Positions 9,465 through 19,233 of a stretch of DNA of 64,000 bases are shown here, in pieces (the first letter of the stretch is position 1; every line of letters begins with the position of its first letter). The notes beneath the pieces are model-generated. The model searched no databases. It saw nothing but the letters and a program-made list of their open reading frames with translations, and was not told where the DNA came from. Both the position numbers and the translations under genes were made by a program. This DNA is from Pelagomonas calceolata (lineage: Eukaryota): the NCBI GenBank assembly GCA_918797485.1, contig CAKKNE010000005.1:2728001-2792000 (forward strand). Direction: 5' to 3'.

Positions 9465-11957
9465 ATGGCGCCGTGGAGCCTCAAGACCGTCGCGAAGCGC
9501 CTCATGGGCGAGGAAGAGCAGCGCGTCGTCCCCGTCAACGAGCGGCGGACAAAGCGCACCTCGGAGACGAACCTCCTCGCCACGATGGGCCAGGAGGCGC
9601 CCGCGGACCTGTTGCGGAAGCTCCGGGGCCAGAAGCTGTCCCAGAAAGTTTTAGATGAGAAGCTCCTGGAAGTGATCATCAAGCTCGACGCCCTGGGCGC
9701 GAGCGGCGAGGACGTCGTGGGATGGGAGTCGAACATCGAGGGCATGGACCTGGACCACGAACGGCGGTCGGTCCTGGCGGAGCGGGCGCCGCCGTCGCGA
9801 GACATGGCCACGTCGCCCACAGCGCCCTTGGATGACGACTCGGCATCAACGTCGCGCACGTCGTCGTTCGAACGAAGGGCTTCTTTCGAGGACCTCGACG
9901 CGGCGCGCGTGAAGCATCTGATACGGCCTCGACGCGTCTCGCCTCTGTCGAGGCCGCCGGCGCCGGCCCCCGAGACGATCGTGGATCCCATCGAGGCCCT
10001 GGCGCGGTCCTCGGCCTCAAGGGCCAAAGATGCAAGGAGGCGGTCGCGCGCCTCGCGGTCCGATTTGGGGTCGTCCATGGGCTCGCGGCCGTCGACGGCC
10101 GAGCGGGAGCCGGGCGACCACCTTCCACTGAAGCCGCGCCGGTCGGTTGGTGAAGAGGAAGATGAATTTAATGCATCATTGTGGGACGCCGCCGCGCTCG
10201 GGAGGATCGATCTCGTGGATCAAGCCTTGAAGCACTTGACGGTGGACGCGCCGGACTATGATACACGAACGGCTTTGCACTACGCGGCCGCGGAAGGCTA
10301 CGCGGACGTGTGCGAACATCTGTTGAGGAAGGGCGCGGAGAGTTCACCCTTGGATCGGTATGGAAATACGCCGCTCGGCGTCGCTTTACGGAACCAGCGG
10401 GATGACGTCGTTGCGGTATTACGAAAACATGGCGCGAAGGTGGGCGACACGCAATTGAATACGCCGCAGTCGTCACAAAGGCACCAGCAGCTCCTCGTGG
10501 CCGCGGCTTCTGGAAGTTTGGCGGATTGTCGGACGTTGGTTGCCGCTGGGGTGAGATGCGACCTGGGCGACTGCGACAAACGAACGGCCCTACACCTCGC
10601 GGCGAAGCACGGCCATTTAGATGTGGTGACGTGGTTGGTGGATTCCGCCGGCGCGGACGCCGCGACGCAAGACCGGTGGGGCAATTCTGCGCTGGACGAC
10701 GCCGTGCGGTTCTCTCAGAGAGAATGCGCGGAGTTCCTCGAAAAACGAGGCGCTCGATTGCGGGGTTCCCTGAATGAATGGAAAGTGCCGTCCTTATCTA
10801 AGAGTGTGGACAAAGCTAGGAAGCGTTGTGAGAGGATGGTGGGCTCCTGGGACGATACCGATGTACTAGCGCTGGAGAAAGCCTCGGAGGGCCACTCGTT
10901 ACTAATACTGGGCGAGGCTATTATTGGAAGAGATTCAAATGTCGACACGACGAATCTGCGGAACTTTTTACTAAGGATCGAAGGCGACTACGGGGATAAC
11001 CCGTACCACGGCTCGTTCCACGGCGCGGACGTGCTGCTGACGACGCACAACTTCCTCGCGACTCAAAACCTGCTGAGGCACTTGACAACGGTCGATTTAC
11101 TAGCTGGCTACGTCGCGGCCGCGGTCCACGATTATGCGCACCCCGGGACGAACAACGCGCACGAGCGCGTGGCGTCCTCCGAGCTCGCTATAAGGTACTC
11201 GGACGACACGATCCTCGAGAGGCACCACTGCGCCGCCGCCTTTTCCGTATTACGGGAGCCGCGCTTCGACGTGTTCAGTCATTTGACGACAGATGAGAGG
11301 AAGCAAGCTAGAGCGCTCGTGATCGAACTGATCCTCATGACCGACCTCGCGAGGCACGGCGAATTCATCGCAAGGCGCCTGAAACCTCTACTCCCGCGCG
11401 GCTTCAAGGCCAACAAAGAATCACAAGACTGGCAGAGCCCCTTCCACGACCAAGATCCGCCTTTTTTGTTAACTGTCGCAGTCAAGTTCGCAGATATAGG
11501 ACATGTCACCAAGCCCTTCGAGCTGCATCGCCAGTGGACGCAGCGCGCGACGGAGGAGTTCTGGCGGCTCGGCGACAAGGAGAAGGCTCTAGGTATGTCC
11601 GTCTCACCCTTATGCGACCGAGACAAGGACACGGACATTGCTCGCAGCCAAATCGGCTTCTTCAAGTTCGTGTGTCTGCCCTTCTACAAGCCCGTCTTTG
11701 ACTTGGTAAATCCGGACATGGCGCCGGCCATAAACTGTCGGGACAACTTCTGGAGGTGGCTAAATCAAAAAGACGCGCGTGAAAAGGATAGTAATGGGGG
11801 GAACCGGTCGCCGCCGCCCTTGGTGCGGGCTCCTACAACGTTGGCGGCTCCGCCTCGTTTGAAGCGTCGCGCGTCCGTCGCCGTCTCGACAATGAGTTTG
11901 ATGCGGCGCCTCTCGGGCGGCCGGCCGCCGCGGCCCACCGCCCTCGCTTCTACTTAG
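9465..11957 (+). CDS. Ankyrin-repeat class I cyclic-nucleotide phosphodiesterase
   Basis: Ankyrin repeats (RTALHYAAAEG, RTALHLAAKHG) followed by PDEase motifs NPYH..FHGADV, HDYAHPG, LERHH, ADIGH, EEF..LGDKE, SQIGF. Confidence 0.9.
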   Translation: MAPWSLKTVAKRLMGEEEQRVVPVNERRTKRTSETNLLATMGQEAPADLLRKLRGQKLSQKVLDEKLLEVIIKLDALGASGEDVVGWESNIEGMDLDHERRSVLAERAPPSRDMATSPTAPLDDDSASTSRTSSFERRASFEDLDAARVKHLIRPRRVSPLSRPPAPAPETIVDPIEALARSSASRAKDARRRSRASRSDLGSSMGSRPSTAEREPGDHLPLKPRRSVGEEEDEFNASLWDAAALGRIDLVDQALKHLTVDAPDYDTRTALHYAAAEGYADVCEHLLRKGAESSPLDRYGNTPLGVALRNQRDDVVAVLRKHGAKVGDTQLNTPQSSQRHQQLLVAAASGSLADCRTLVAAGVRCDLGDCDKRTALHLAAKHGHLDVVTWLVDSAGADAATQDRWGNSALDDAVRFSQRECAEFLEKRGARLRGSLNEWKVPSLSKSVDKARKRCERMVGSWDDTDVLALEKASEGHSLLILGEAIIGRDSNVDTTNLRNFLLRIEGDYGDNPYHGSFHGADVLLTTHNFLATQNLLRHLTTVDLLAGYVAAAVHDYAHPGTNNAHERVASSELAIRYSDDTILERHHCAAAFSVLREPRFDVFSHLTTDERKQARALVIELILMTDLARHGEFIARRLKPLLPRGFKANKESQDWQSPFHDQDPPFLLTVAVKFADIGHVTKPFELHRQWTQRATEEFWRLGDKEKALGMSVSPLCDRDKDTDIARSQIGFFKFVCLPFYKPVFDLVNPDMAPAINCRDNFWRWLNQKDAREKDSNGGNRSPPPLVRAPTTLAAPPRLKRRASVAVSTMSLMRRLSGGRPPRPTALAST

Positions 11958-12022
11958 GACCCTATGTGTATATATATGAGTAAGATGGTACTGGTTATTT
12001 TCTTCGCGCGATCTGGGGATAG

Positions 12023-12044
12023 TGTTACGGTGCTAGGACTAGTG
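12023..12044 (+). repeat. Second 22-bp intergenic repeat TGTTACGGTGCTAGGACTAGTG (copy 1)
   Basis: Identical to 57705-57726. Confidence 0.75.
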
Positions 12045-12074
12045 GGCGGAGTCCCTGGGGGGATTACTTTGTTG

Positions 12075-12096
12075 CTAGTGTCTTACAGGCCGCTAG
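12075..12096 (+). promoter_or_regulatory. 22-bp CTAG element (exact)
   Basis: Exact consensus, 171 bp before ATG 12267. Confidence 0.7.
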
Positions 12097-12266
12097 TGAT
12101 TTTTTGGGGGGGCTTGGCGGCTGTACGGGCGTTAACGAAAGCTACAGCTCGGTTCGTGGTGCGGCATACACGCTCAGTTCGATAATAACGCTGCCCTCAT
12201 AACGCGAGCTCTGCTGTCACGCCACAAATCGAACTTGGACCGAGGCACTGCGCTGAGCACTGAGCA

Positions 12267-12956
12267 ATGTCCACTACGCCCCGCCTCCTCTCGGCGATCT
12301 TCGCCTCCGCCACCGGGAGTGCGGTGCTTGTCCAGAACGGCGACCGCATCACGGCCGCGCTACAGCGTCTCTTCGCGCAACCAAACGACAACGCGAACGC
12401 GGTGCTACAGAAGGTCCTCGAGCGCATCGATCAGCGGCCACAGACCGTCGTCGTCCGCGAGGGCGGCGGCGCGAGCCGCCTCGTGCTAGCTAGTGCGGCT
12501 GTCGCCGGCCTCGCGGTGCGCTTGCGGGGGTGGCCGGCGTCCGCGGCCGCGCTGCGCGCCGCCGCCCAGACGTTGAACGGCGCCGTCAAGGCCGTCGGCG
12601 CGAGGCTCGAAGTGGTGCGCGAGACGCTGTCCAAGCGCGTCGACGAGGTCGGCGAGAAGGTTGATGAGGTGGGCGTCGAGGTGGGCGAGGTGAAGGCGGA
12701 ATTGAAAGAAGTGCATGACGACACGACGCACCTCCGGGTCCAGCAGGACCACATCGCTAGAGGAGTTAGGGGTCTATGTGGTGTCGTCTCCGAGCTCATG
12801 CACGGCTCACCGCCGACGCGCGCCGCCGACGACCTGCGGCGCTTCACGGTCGAGAGCAAACCGCTCGAAGCGCCGCCCGAGCAGACGGCTCTCGAGACGA
12901 CGGCGGCGCGGCTCGCCGAGGCCCTCGCGGCCGTGGACGCGATCGGGTCGGCGTAA
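12267..12956 (+). CDS. Membrane-anchored coiled-coil protein, DUF1664-like
   Basis: Hydrophobic N-terminus, a second hydrophobic stretch after RPQTVVVREGG, then heptad repeats. Family assignment is by resemblance only. Confidence 0.5.
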   Translation: MSTTPRLLSAIFASATGSAVLVQNGDRITAALQRLFAQPNDNANAVLQKVLERIDQRPQTVVVREGGGASRLVLASAAVAGLAVRLRGWPASAAALRAAAQTLNGAVKAVGARLEVVRETLSKRVDEVGEKVDEVGVEVGEVKAELKEVHDDTTHLRVQQDHIARGVRGLCGVVSELMHGSPPTRAADDLRRFTVESKPLEAPPEQTALETTAARLAEALAAVDAIGSA

Positions 12957-12967
12957 CAATCCAAGAA

Positions 12968-14593
12968 TTACCTCGTCCGGAGCCGTGCGAGATGCGCGCG
13001 CGCCCGCGCGAGGCGCCCTGACGACGGCCGCGCCGACCGCTGCGGCGAGGGTGGCGCATACGCCGCCGGGTAAACGAGACCGGCGTCGCCACGTCGCGAA
13101 TTCGCCCAGACCAGGTACCGCGCGCCGAGCCCGAGCTCCGCCAGGGCGTCGTCCTCCGCGTCCGCGCCGTCGTCGAGCGAGGCGTCGTCGAGCTCGTGCG
13201 ACACTGGCGTGCCCCGTCGCGCCGGCGCCGGCGCGAGCGCCCGGACGGGCGCCGGCGCCGGCGCGAGCGCTACGGCGGCCGCGTGGAGGCAGGCCGACGC
13301 GCGCCGCGCGAGCGCGTCGAGGGGCTCGTCGCCTATCGCCGGCGCCGCGTCGAACTCGCCGGCGGAGGCGCGCGTCACGGCGGGCAGCGCGTGATCGAGC
13401 GCTGCGACCAGCACGGCGCGCGCGGCGATGGCCGCGCTCGCCTCGGCGCCGAGGGCAGGCGCTGCGGGCGGCGGCGGCGGCGGCGGAGCGTCGCGCGTCG
13501 CGATGACGTTCGCGAGCGCGCGTGCGACCGCATCGTGCGTCGCGCGACCCTCGTCCGCACGCTGGGCGGCGGCCGTCGTCGCCGCGCGCGCGGCTTCTAC
13601 TTCGGCGCGCGCTGCGTCGGCCTCCGTGCGCGCGGCTTCAGCCGCCTCGGTCGCGGCGATAGTGGCCTTGGCCGCCGCGTCGCGTTCCTGGCCTAATGAG
13701 CGCATGCGCGCGCCGACGGCGCGCAGGCCCGCGACCTCTAGGACCTTGGCGTAGGCGTCCGGGGTTCCGGTGCCATCCTCCCGCCTAGCAGCCTCCTCGA
13801 GCGAGCGCAGGGGGTTGAGACAGGCCCGGTCGACCTGGTCCGCGGCCATCTGGAGCCGCGCAGCGTTCGCATTTATCGCAGACGCCGCCGCTGACGCGGC
13901 CTCCGCGCGGTCGGTCGCGCGCTGGACCTCGGCCCGGTCCTCGGCGCGGCCCGCGACGGCGCGGGCGACCGCTTCCTCGGCCGCCGCCCGCAGGTCCCGC
14001 AGCGCCGCGTCGCCTTCCGCCCTGAGCGCCCCGAACGCCGCGGCCGCAGCCGCAGCCGATGAGGCGCCCGCTTCGGCGGCAGCGCGCTCCTTAGCCGCGC
14101 CGGCGGCGATGGCCTGCTGTACGCGGCCCTCGAGCGCGTCGAGGCGCCCGTGGCAGGCCCGCTTCGCGTCGGCGGCCGCCTGCGCGCACGCCTCGGCACG
14201 GTCGGCGTCTCGAGCCTTCGAGGCGGCCGCGGCGCTCTTCAGCGCCGCCTCGGCGTCGGCGAGCTTCTTCCGGAGGTCCGTGGGCGTCTTTCGCGCAAGC
14301 TGCGCCTCGGCGCGCGTCGCCCGCGCCCGCGCGTCGGCGGCCGCGCGCTTCTCCGCGTCGAGGCGCGACTCGACGTCGGCGAGGCGGCGCCGCAGCGCGC
14401 GGTCCGGCGACGGGCTTCGCGCGCGGCCCGGCGAGCCCAGGAGCGCGCGGTCGAGCTCCGCTTGCGCGGCGGCCTCGCTCTTGCGCAGGGCGCTGAGCTC
14501 GCGGGCCTGCTCCATGACCTTGCGCTGGAGCCGCTCGATCACATCGTCCGGCAGCCCCTCTCTGCTGCTGATTGCCACCGTGGCCCCATCCAT
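12968..14593 (-). CDS. Ala-rich coiled-coil protein of unknown function
   Basis: 541-aa ORF with ATG start and coiled-coil composition; fits between neighbouring genes. Confidence 0.6.
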   Translation of the reverse strand: MDGATVAISSREGLPDDVIERLQRKVMEQARELSALRKSEAAAQAELDRALLGSPGRARSPSPDRALRRRLADVESRLDAEKRAAADARARATRAEAQLARKTPTDLRKKLADAEAALKSAAAASKARDADRAEACAQAAADAKRACHGRLDALEGRVQQAIAAGAAKERAAAEAGASSAAAAAAAFGALRAEGDAALRDLRAAAEEAVARAVAGRAEDRAEVQRATDRAEAASAAASAINANAARLQMAADQVDRACLNPLRSLEEAARREDGTGTPDAYAKVLEVAGLRAVGARMRSLGQERDAAAKATIAATEAAEAARTEADAARAEVEAARAATTAAAQRADEGRATHDAVARALANVIATRDAPPPPPPPAAPALGAEASAAIAARAVLVAALDHALPAVTRASAGEFDAAPAIGDEPLDALARRASACLHAAAVALAPAPAPVRALAPAPARRGTPVSHELDDASLDDGADAEDDALAELGLGARYLVWANSRRGDAGLVYPAAYAPPSPQRSARPSSGRLARARAHLARLRTR

Positions 14594-14999
14594 GGTTGCC
14601 GCCGTGCGTGTACGTCGGTGGCGTCGACGACGGTGCGTTGGCGGTCGGCGCTGTGCCGCAAGAACCGCCGCAGCGTCTCCAAAACCGCGTTTCGGTTGGT
14701 GCTTTTATCACAGTTGACAGGTATTTGTGTTTGGGCCTGCGGTCGTTTCTCTGTCGGCCAGGGAGGACTCTTCCAGGTCGGAAGCCGCGGCGCGAGACGA
14801 GTCTTGCCACGAAACGCGCGCTAGAGCTGCTAGCTAGCGTGCAGACGCAGCTCTCCAGCCTCTCCTGGCTAACTCTATAAGGAGCTAGCGGTGCCCGTGG
14901 CGTTGCGCGTGCAGACCTCGATTCCTCTGCAGTGCTGCGACCGCTCGCTTGCCTTTGCTTGCACTGCTGCGCACGCTGCACGCTGCACACTGCAGAGCG

Positions 15000-15464
15000 A
15001 TGGGGAAGACCAAGGGCTCCGCGCGGCGCAAGGGCGGCAAAGATGCCACCAAGGTCGCGTCCAAAGCGACCTCGACGCTGTCGAAGCGCCAGGAGAAGAA
15101 GTCGCAGGTGCGCAAGGCGGCCGCGCGCGAGCGCAAGGGCGCGCTGCTCTCGCAGCTCGAGACGCGGAAACAGGCGGACGCGGCGGCGGCGCGCGGGCCA
15201 CTCCTCGGTGGCACCCTGGGCCTGGACCTGGACGACGCGCTCGCCGAGGTCGCGGCCGCGCCGGCGCGCCGGGACAAGAACCGGCCGAACGCGGCGAACA
15301 ACCGCGGCCGGCGCGTGATTGCGGCGCAGGAGACGGAGCGGTTCGGGGCCGTGCTGAAGGATGAACGGTTTCGCGCGGACCCATTGGGCGCGGTGCTGGG
15401 CCACTTGCGCGCGACGCTGCCGGCGCCTCCGTCTTCGGGCCGTCGGAAGAAGGGGGGTAAGTAG
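15000..15464 (+). CDS. SLX9: Ribosome biogenesis factor Slx9/FAM207A-like
   Basis: Small basic protein beginning MGK; C-terminal ETERFGAVLKDERFRADPLGAVLGHL matches the Slx9 signature. Confidence 0.7.
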   Translation: MGKTKGSARRKGGKDATKVASKATSTLSKRQEKKSQVRKAAARERKGALLSQLETRKQADAAAARGPLLGGTLGLDLDDALAEVAAAPARRDKNRPNAANNRGRRVIAAQETERFGAVLKDERFRADPLGAVLGHLRATLPAPPSSGRRKKGGK

Positions 15465-15522
15465 TGTGTTCTGTGTCGTTATCCTGCGTCCTGACTATCT
15501 GTTTAGACGACTGCTGCTTTTG

Positions 15523-15544
15523 CTAGTGTCTTACAGGCCGCTAG
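15523..15544 (+). promoter_or_regulatory. 22-bp CTAG element (exact)
   Basis: Exact consensus, 125 bp before ATG 15669. Confidence 0.7.
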
Positions 15545-15668
15545 CTTGGCTGCTCTTTGCTCACAAAAAAGAAGAGCACGAGAACTGCGCTAAAGTGACG
15601 ACTGACGACGCATCGCTGCCAAGGTGATCGCGAACGACTGCGCGCGCAGCTCGCGCAAAAACAGAGCA

Positions 15669-16568
15669 ATGGCAAAGCCCAAAGTGCTGGTTTTCCTCGG
15701 CACGAGCCGCCAGGGATCGGCAGTCGTCGACGCGCTCCTCGCAAGTGGCAAGTTCGAGGTCTTCGCCACGACGCGCAGCACGAAGAGCGCCGAGGCCCTC
15801 AAGGCCCGCGGTGTTAAGTGCGGCCCGTTCACGTGCGGCGACGCCGCGTCCGCCAAAGCTGCCCTGGACGCCGCCGAGCCTTCACTCGTCTTCTTCACGA
15901 CGCTGATGGGCTCGCGCGAAGTAGAAGGCTCGTCGGGCAAAATAATTGTGGATGCGATCAAGGCCTATGGGGGAGTGCAGCACGTCGTCTACTCGTCGGT
16001 GGCGAACGCGGATGTGGCTCCGGACGCCGTGGGGCACTTCAAGAGCAAGCTCGACGTTGAAGACCATCTGAAGGCCTCGGGACTGGGCTACTCGATTCTC
16101 CGCCCCGTGGCCTTCTTCGAGAACTATGATGATCCGGCCAATTTCAACGCCCTAAAAAAGGGCTCCGTGAAGGGCCTCTGGCAGGCCGACCTGAAGGTCA
16201 AGCACGTCGCGTGCCGCGATATCGGTAAAGCCGCTGCCGTAATGCTGGCGAACCCGGCGAAGTGGAGGGGCAAAACGCTCGACTGCGCGAGCGACGATTT
16301 AACGGGTGAAGACGTCGCCGCGGCGCTTACCGAAGTCTCTGGCGTCGAGTGCACGTACGGGGTCGCCGTGCCGAGATTTATCATGAGGTGCGTGATGAAG
16401 GATCTCAATGCCATGATCGAGTTCTTCGAGACGACGGGCTACGACTCGGACATCGCTGCCTTCAAGGCCGTCGTCCCCGACGCGTTGGACTGCAAGGCGT
16501 GGTTCGAAGCCAGGGGCGTGAAGTCCTGGTCCGAGGAGGCGTCGTCGTCCTGGTTCGGTCTCTTTTAG
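15669..16568 (+). CDS. NmrA/HSCARG-like NAD(P)-binding protein
   Basis: VLVFLGTSRQGSAVVDAL, HVVYSSV, HFKSKLDVEDHL, ILRPVAFFEN. Confidence 0.9.
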   Translation: MAKPKVLVFLGTSRQGSAVVDALLASGKFEVFATTRSTKSAEALKARGVKCGPFTCGDAASAKAALDAAEPSLVFFTTLMGSREVEGSSGKIIVDAIKAYGGVQHVVYSSVANADVAPDAVGHFKSKLDVEDHLKASGLGYSILRPVAFFENYDDPANFNALKKGSVKGLWQADLKVKHVACRDIGKAAAVMLANPAKWRGKTLDCASDDLTGEDVAAALTEVSGVECTYGVAVPRFIMRCVMKDLNAMIEFFETTGYDSDIAAFKAVVPDALDCKAWFEARGVKSWSEEASSSWFGLF

Positions 16569-16679
16569 CTGTCTTTTTCTACTGGCTTTTCTGGCTGCGC
16601 CCCGCTCGCGCCTCGACGGCGTCGCAGCGCTGCGTGAAAATTCAGAGACTAAGTATGTGTTCGCCGCTTACTCGCGAAG

Positions 16680-17600
16680 TCAGTACTGCGCCGCCGCGGG
16701 CTCGTCGCGGCCGGCCGTCGCGAGGACGCAGTTCGAGATGGCCACCGAACACAGCGGGCAGACGGGCGTCGTGACCGTCGCCTCGAGCCAGGGTCTCAGG
16801 CACTGCCCGTGGAAGAGGTGCGCGCAGGGCATGAGCTGCGTGTCCACCCGACCGCGGCGGCAGAAGGGGCACCGCGCACTTGATACTGAAGACTCCGTGC
16901 GCGCGCGCTTCGGCGGACGTAACGAAGGCGCCGGCGCGTCGAGGACGAAGTCGTCGAACAACCCACCCTCCGCGGGGTGCGACGACGGGGACGAGCCCGC
17001 CGAGTCGACGGTGACGGCGCGCGCGCGGTCCGCCGCCGAGGCGAAGGCCAGGACGTCGTGCGCCGCCCTACTCTCATCTTCCTCGTAGTATCCACCGTCT
17101 TCGTCGTAGTCGTGCGACGCCGCGCTCCGCTGCATGGGCTTCCAGATGCGGCGCCTTGCGTTCGTGAACCAGTTCTTCAGTTGTTTTTTATCAATACCGG
17201 TCTGGGCCATGAGCGACTGCTGGTCCTCCGGCCTGCGCGGAGCATCGCGGTCTCGCGACTCGGTCCGAACGGCCTCAATAACGAAAAAGAAATCACCCAC
17301 TTCCATCATTCCTAGAGACGACGCGCGTCGATGGCGTGAAGGCGCCTCTACACAACGGGACGCCGAGATCTGCGTCGGGTAGGGGTGGTGGAAGTGCTGC
17401 GGGCTCGTGAGCCAGGCCTTGAGGATCTCGACGGCATGTGTTGGTAATTCCCTACGGCTTCGTCCTTTCGGTGAAGCGGGCGGTGGGCTGCGTGTGCGCT
17501 TCCGGGGCTCGCGCGTCGCCGCGGCGCCGCCAGAGACCATGGCCTTGCTCGGGCTCTTCGTCTGCGCGGCGGGCGCGGCGGTGGCGTCGGTGTCGGCCAT
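16680..17600 (-). CDS. TALE-class homeodomain protein with C-terminal RING-H2, with probable in-frame intron 17233-17373
   Basis: ILKAWL..HPYPT|PEDQQSLMAQTGIDKKQLKNWFTNARRRIWK; RING CPFC..CAHLFHGQC..W..CPLC. Confidence 0.85.
   Translation of the reverse strand: MADTDATAAPAAQTKSPSKAMVSGGAAATREPRKRTRSPPPASPKGRSRRELPTHAVEILKAWLTSPQHFHHPYPTQISASRCVEAPSRHRRASSLGMMEVGDFFFVIEAVRTESRDRDAPRRPEDQQSLMAQTGIDKKQLKNWFTNARRRIWKPMQRSAASHDYDEDGGYYEEDESRAAHDVLAFASAADRARAVTVDSAGSSPSSHPAEGGLFDDFVLDAPAPSLRPPKRARTESSVSSARCPFCRRGRVDTQLMPCAHLFHGQCLRPWLEATVTTPVCPLCSVAISNCVLATAGRDEPAAAQY
17233..17373 (-). other. Predicted 141-nt GC-AG intron inside the homeobox
   Basis: Its removal restores PYPTPED. It contains CACGCCATCGACGCG, also present in the 24890 introner. 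Confidence 0.7.
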
Positions 17601-17810
17601 CTCTCTTGTCGAATTCGTGCTGCGTTACGGTCTGCTGTGGAGGTGTTCTGCCCAGGCTATGAGGGCTTGGCAGCCAGGGGCGCTCGAGACCTGGATTTTT
17701 TTCACCTTATCGATGAATAGGGCAGTATTTGGGGGATTCTATGCTAGCGGGTTGCTATGTTTGGTTGCGTGGGCTTCACAAACAAGCGGACAAATCTTGC
17801 TCTGCGAAGG

Positions 17811-17832
17811 CTAGTGCCTTACAGGCCGCTAG
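17811..17832 (+). promoter_or_regulatory. 22-bp CTAG element (1 mismatch)
   Basis: CTAGTGCCTTACAGGCCGCTAG, nearly equidistant (about 210 bp) from the divergent ATGs at 17600 and 18039. Confidence 0.7.
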
Positions 17833-18038
17833 CTACAACGATTATCGTCGCAATTTTTCACGGCGCCGGGGAATAGTCGCCTCGCGGGCATCTCGAGACA
17901 CGCCCAGGCTTACTCGGCCTCCGCCTGACGCCGACGCCTCGCCGCGCCGCGCCCCCGCGACGCGTGAAACCGGCCCAAAGTCGCCGGAGACTCGAGAGCC
18001 ACACAGACGCGCCGCGCGCCCCGTAATACAGACTAGAG

Positions 18039-19111
18039 ATGGGCTCGAAGCAGCAGGTCCCCGACGGCATGCTCATCGGCCCGAAGAATCCTATAATAGA
18101 GGAAGCCTTGGGCGACCGGCTCGTAGGCGGCAAGCGCGAGGCCGCGGAGTTAAGTGTGGCGGACTTCGACGGTAGTAGGTGGAAGCTCGTCTGCACGCCG
18201 GACCAACCGAACATCGCCACGGTCCATTTGGATGTGGGCGGGTGGGCCGAGATCGAAAAAGTAGGCGGGAGAGCCGTACTAGAAAGTCTGTACGCGGGCA
18301 TGGTCGTCGAGCCGGCTCCTACCTACAAGGTCGCGGTCTCGGTGGACTGCGACGCGTGCCAAGAGAAAGAAGCGACCCTCGAGAAGATGATTTTGCTCAA
18401 GCGCCACTTAGTGGGCGCTCCTTTCACGCAGAAGTTCGAAGCTCTGGCCCAAGGCGCAGCGCAACAGGGCCCGGTCGTTACGATACCGTGGCGCGACTCG
18501 GGCGAGGCCGTTTACGTGCTGGCCCGTGTGGAAAGCAACCAGTGAGCGCGCCGTCGAGTGGCGAGGACCCGGCATCGCCACGCCGTCGAGCAGGCGTCGC
18601 GTCGATGGCGTAAATTTGGATGTCCACGCAGGTGCTGACGCAGAACGACCCCGCTCAACCTCAGAACTACGATAGGGTCTGCGTCGTCTATTCGGTGGAC
18701 TTCCCCGACGAGACCGACCGGGCCATGTGCCGCATCTTGCTGCAGCAGTTCGCGGAGCAGCACCGCAAAATAGGCGCCGCGCCGCCCGTCACGTTCTCGG
18801 AGGCGAAGAACCCGCCCCTGGAGATTAGACCGCTGGTGGGAGCGAAGCAGGAGGGCTTCGTCGGCTACGTGTCGCTGACGGTCTTCGCGCGCCACGTTGA
18901 CTCTACGGAAAAACTCGCCAAGAAGGTCGACCTGTGCCTCGCCTTCCGCCACTACCTGCACTACCACATCAAGGCCGCCAAGACGAACCTCCACATGCGC
19001 ATGCGCCGCAAGGTGCGCGGCTGGCTCCAGGTGCTGAACCGCGCGGCGCTCGCGTCCGAGGCGCCCAGGGAGAAGAAGACGATCTCGGGGCGCACGTTTA
19101 CCAGGAAGTAG
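18039..19111 (+). CDS. ARPC2: Arp2/3 complex subunit 2 (p34-Arc), 2 exons (18039-18515, 18632-19111)
   Basis: ADFDG, LLKRHLVGAPF, DRVCVVYSVDF, FRHYLHYHIKAAKTNLHMRMR..LQVLNRA, KKTISGRTF. Confidence 0.95.
18516..18631 (+). mobile_element. Introner-type intron, inverted relative to the other copies
   Basis: TSD GTGCTGGC/GTGCTGAC; ends CCGTGTGGAAAGCAACCAGTGAG...TTGGATGTCCACGCAG; the interior is the reverse complement of the 24890 intron core. Confidence 0.88.
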
Positions 19112-19233
19112 GTCAGGCGCGGAGGGGGTACCTGGCGTAACTTATCTTACCCGATTTCTCTTTTGTGGGTCGCGTCGACTGGCGTCGGGGCGCGATCAGG
19201 AGAGTAGATGGCAATAGTCCTATCACAATACCA

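Noticed and set aside
14869..14888. Possible highly degenerate CTAG element (minus strand CTAGCTCCTTATAGAGTTAG) in a divergent promoter
   Set aside because: Too many mismatches to count, although the position fits.
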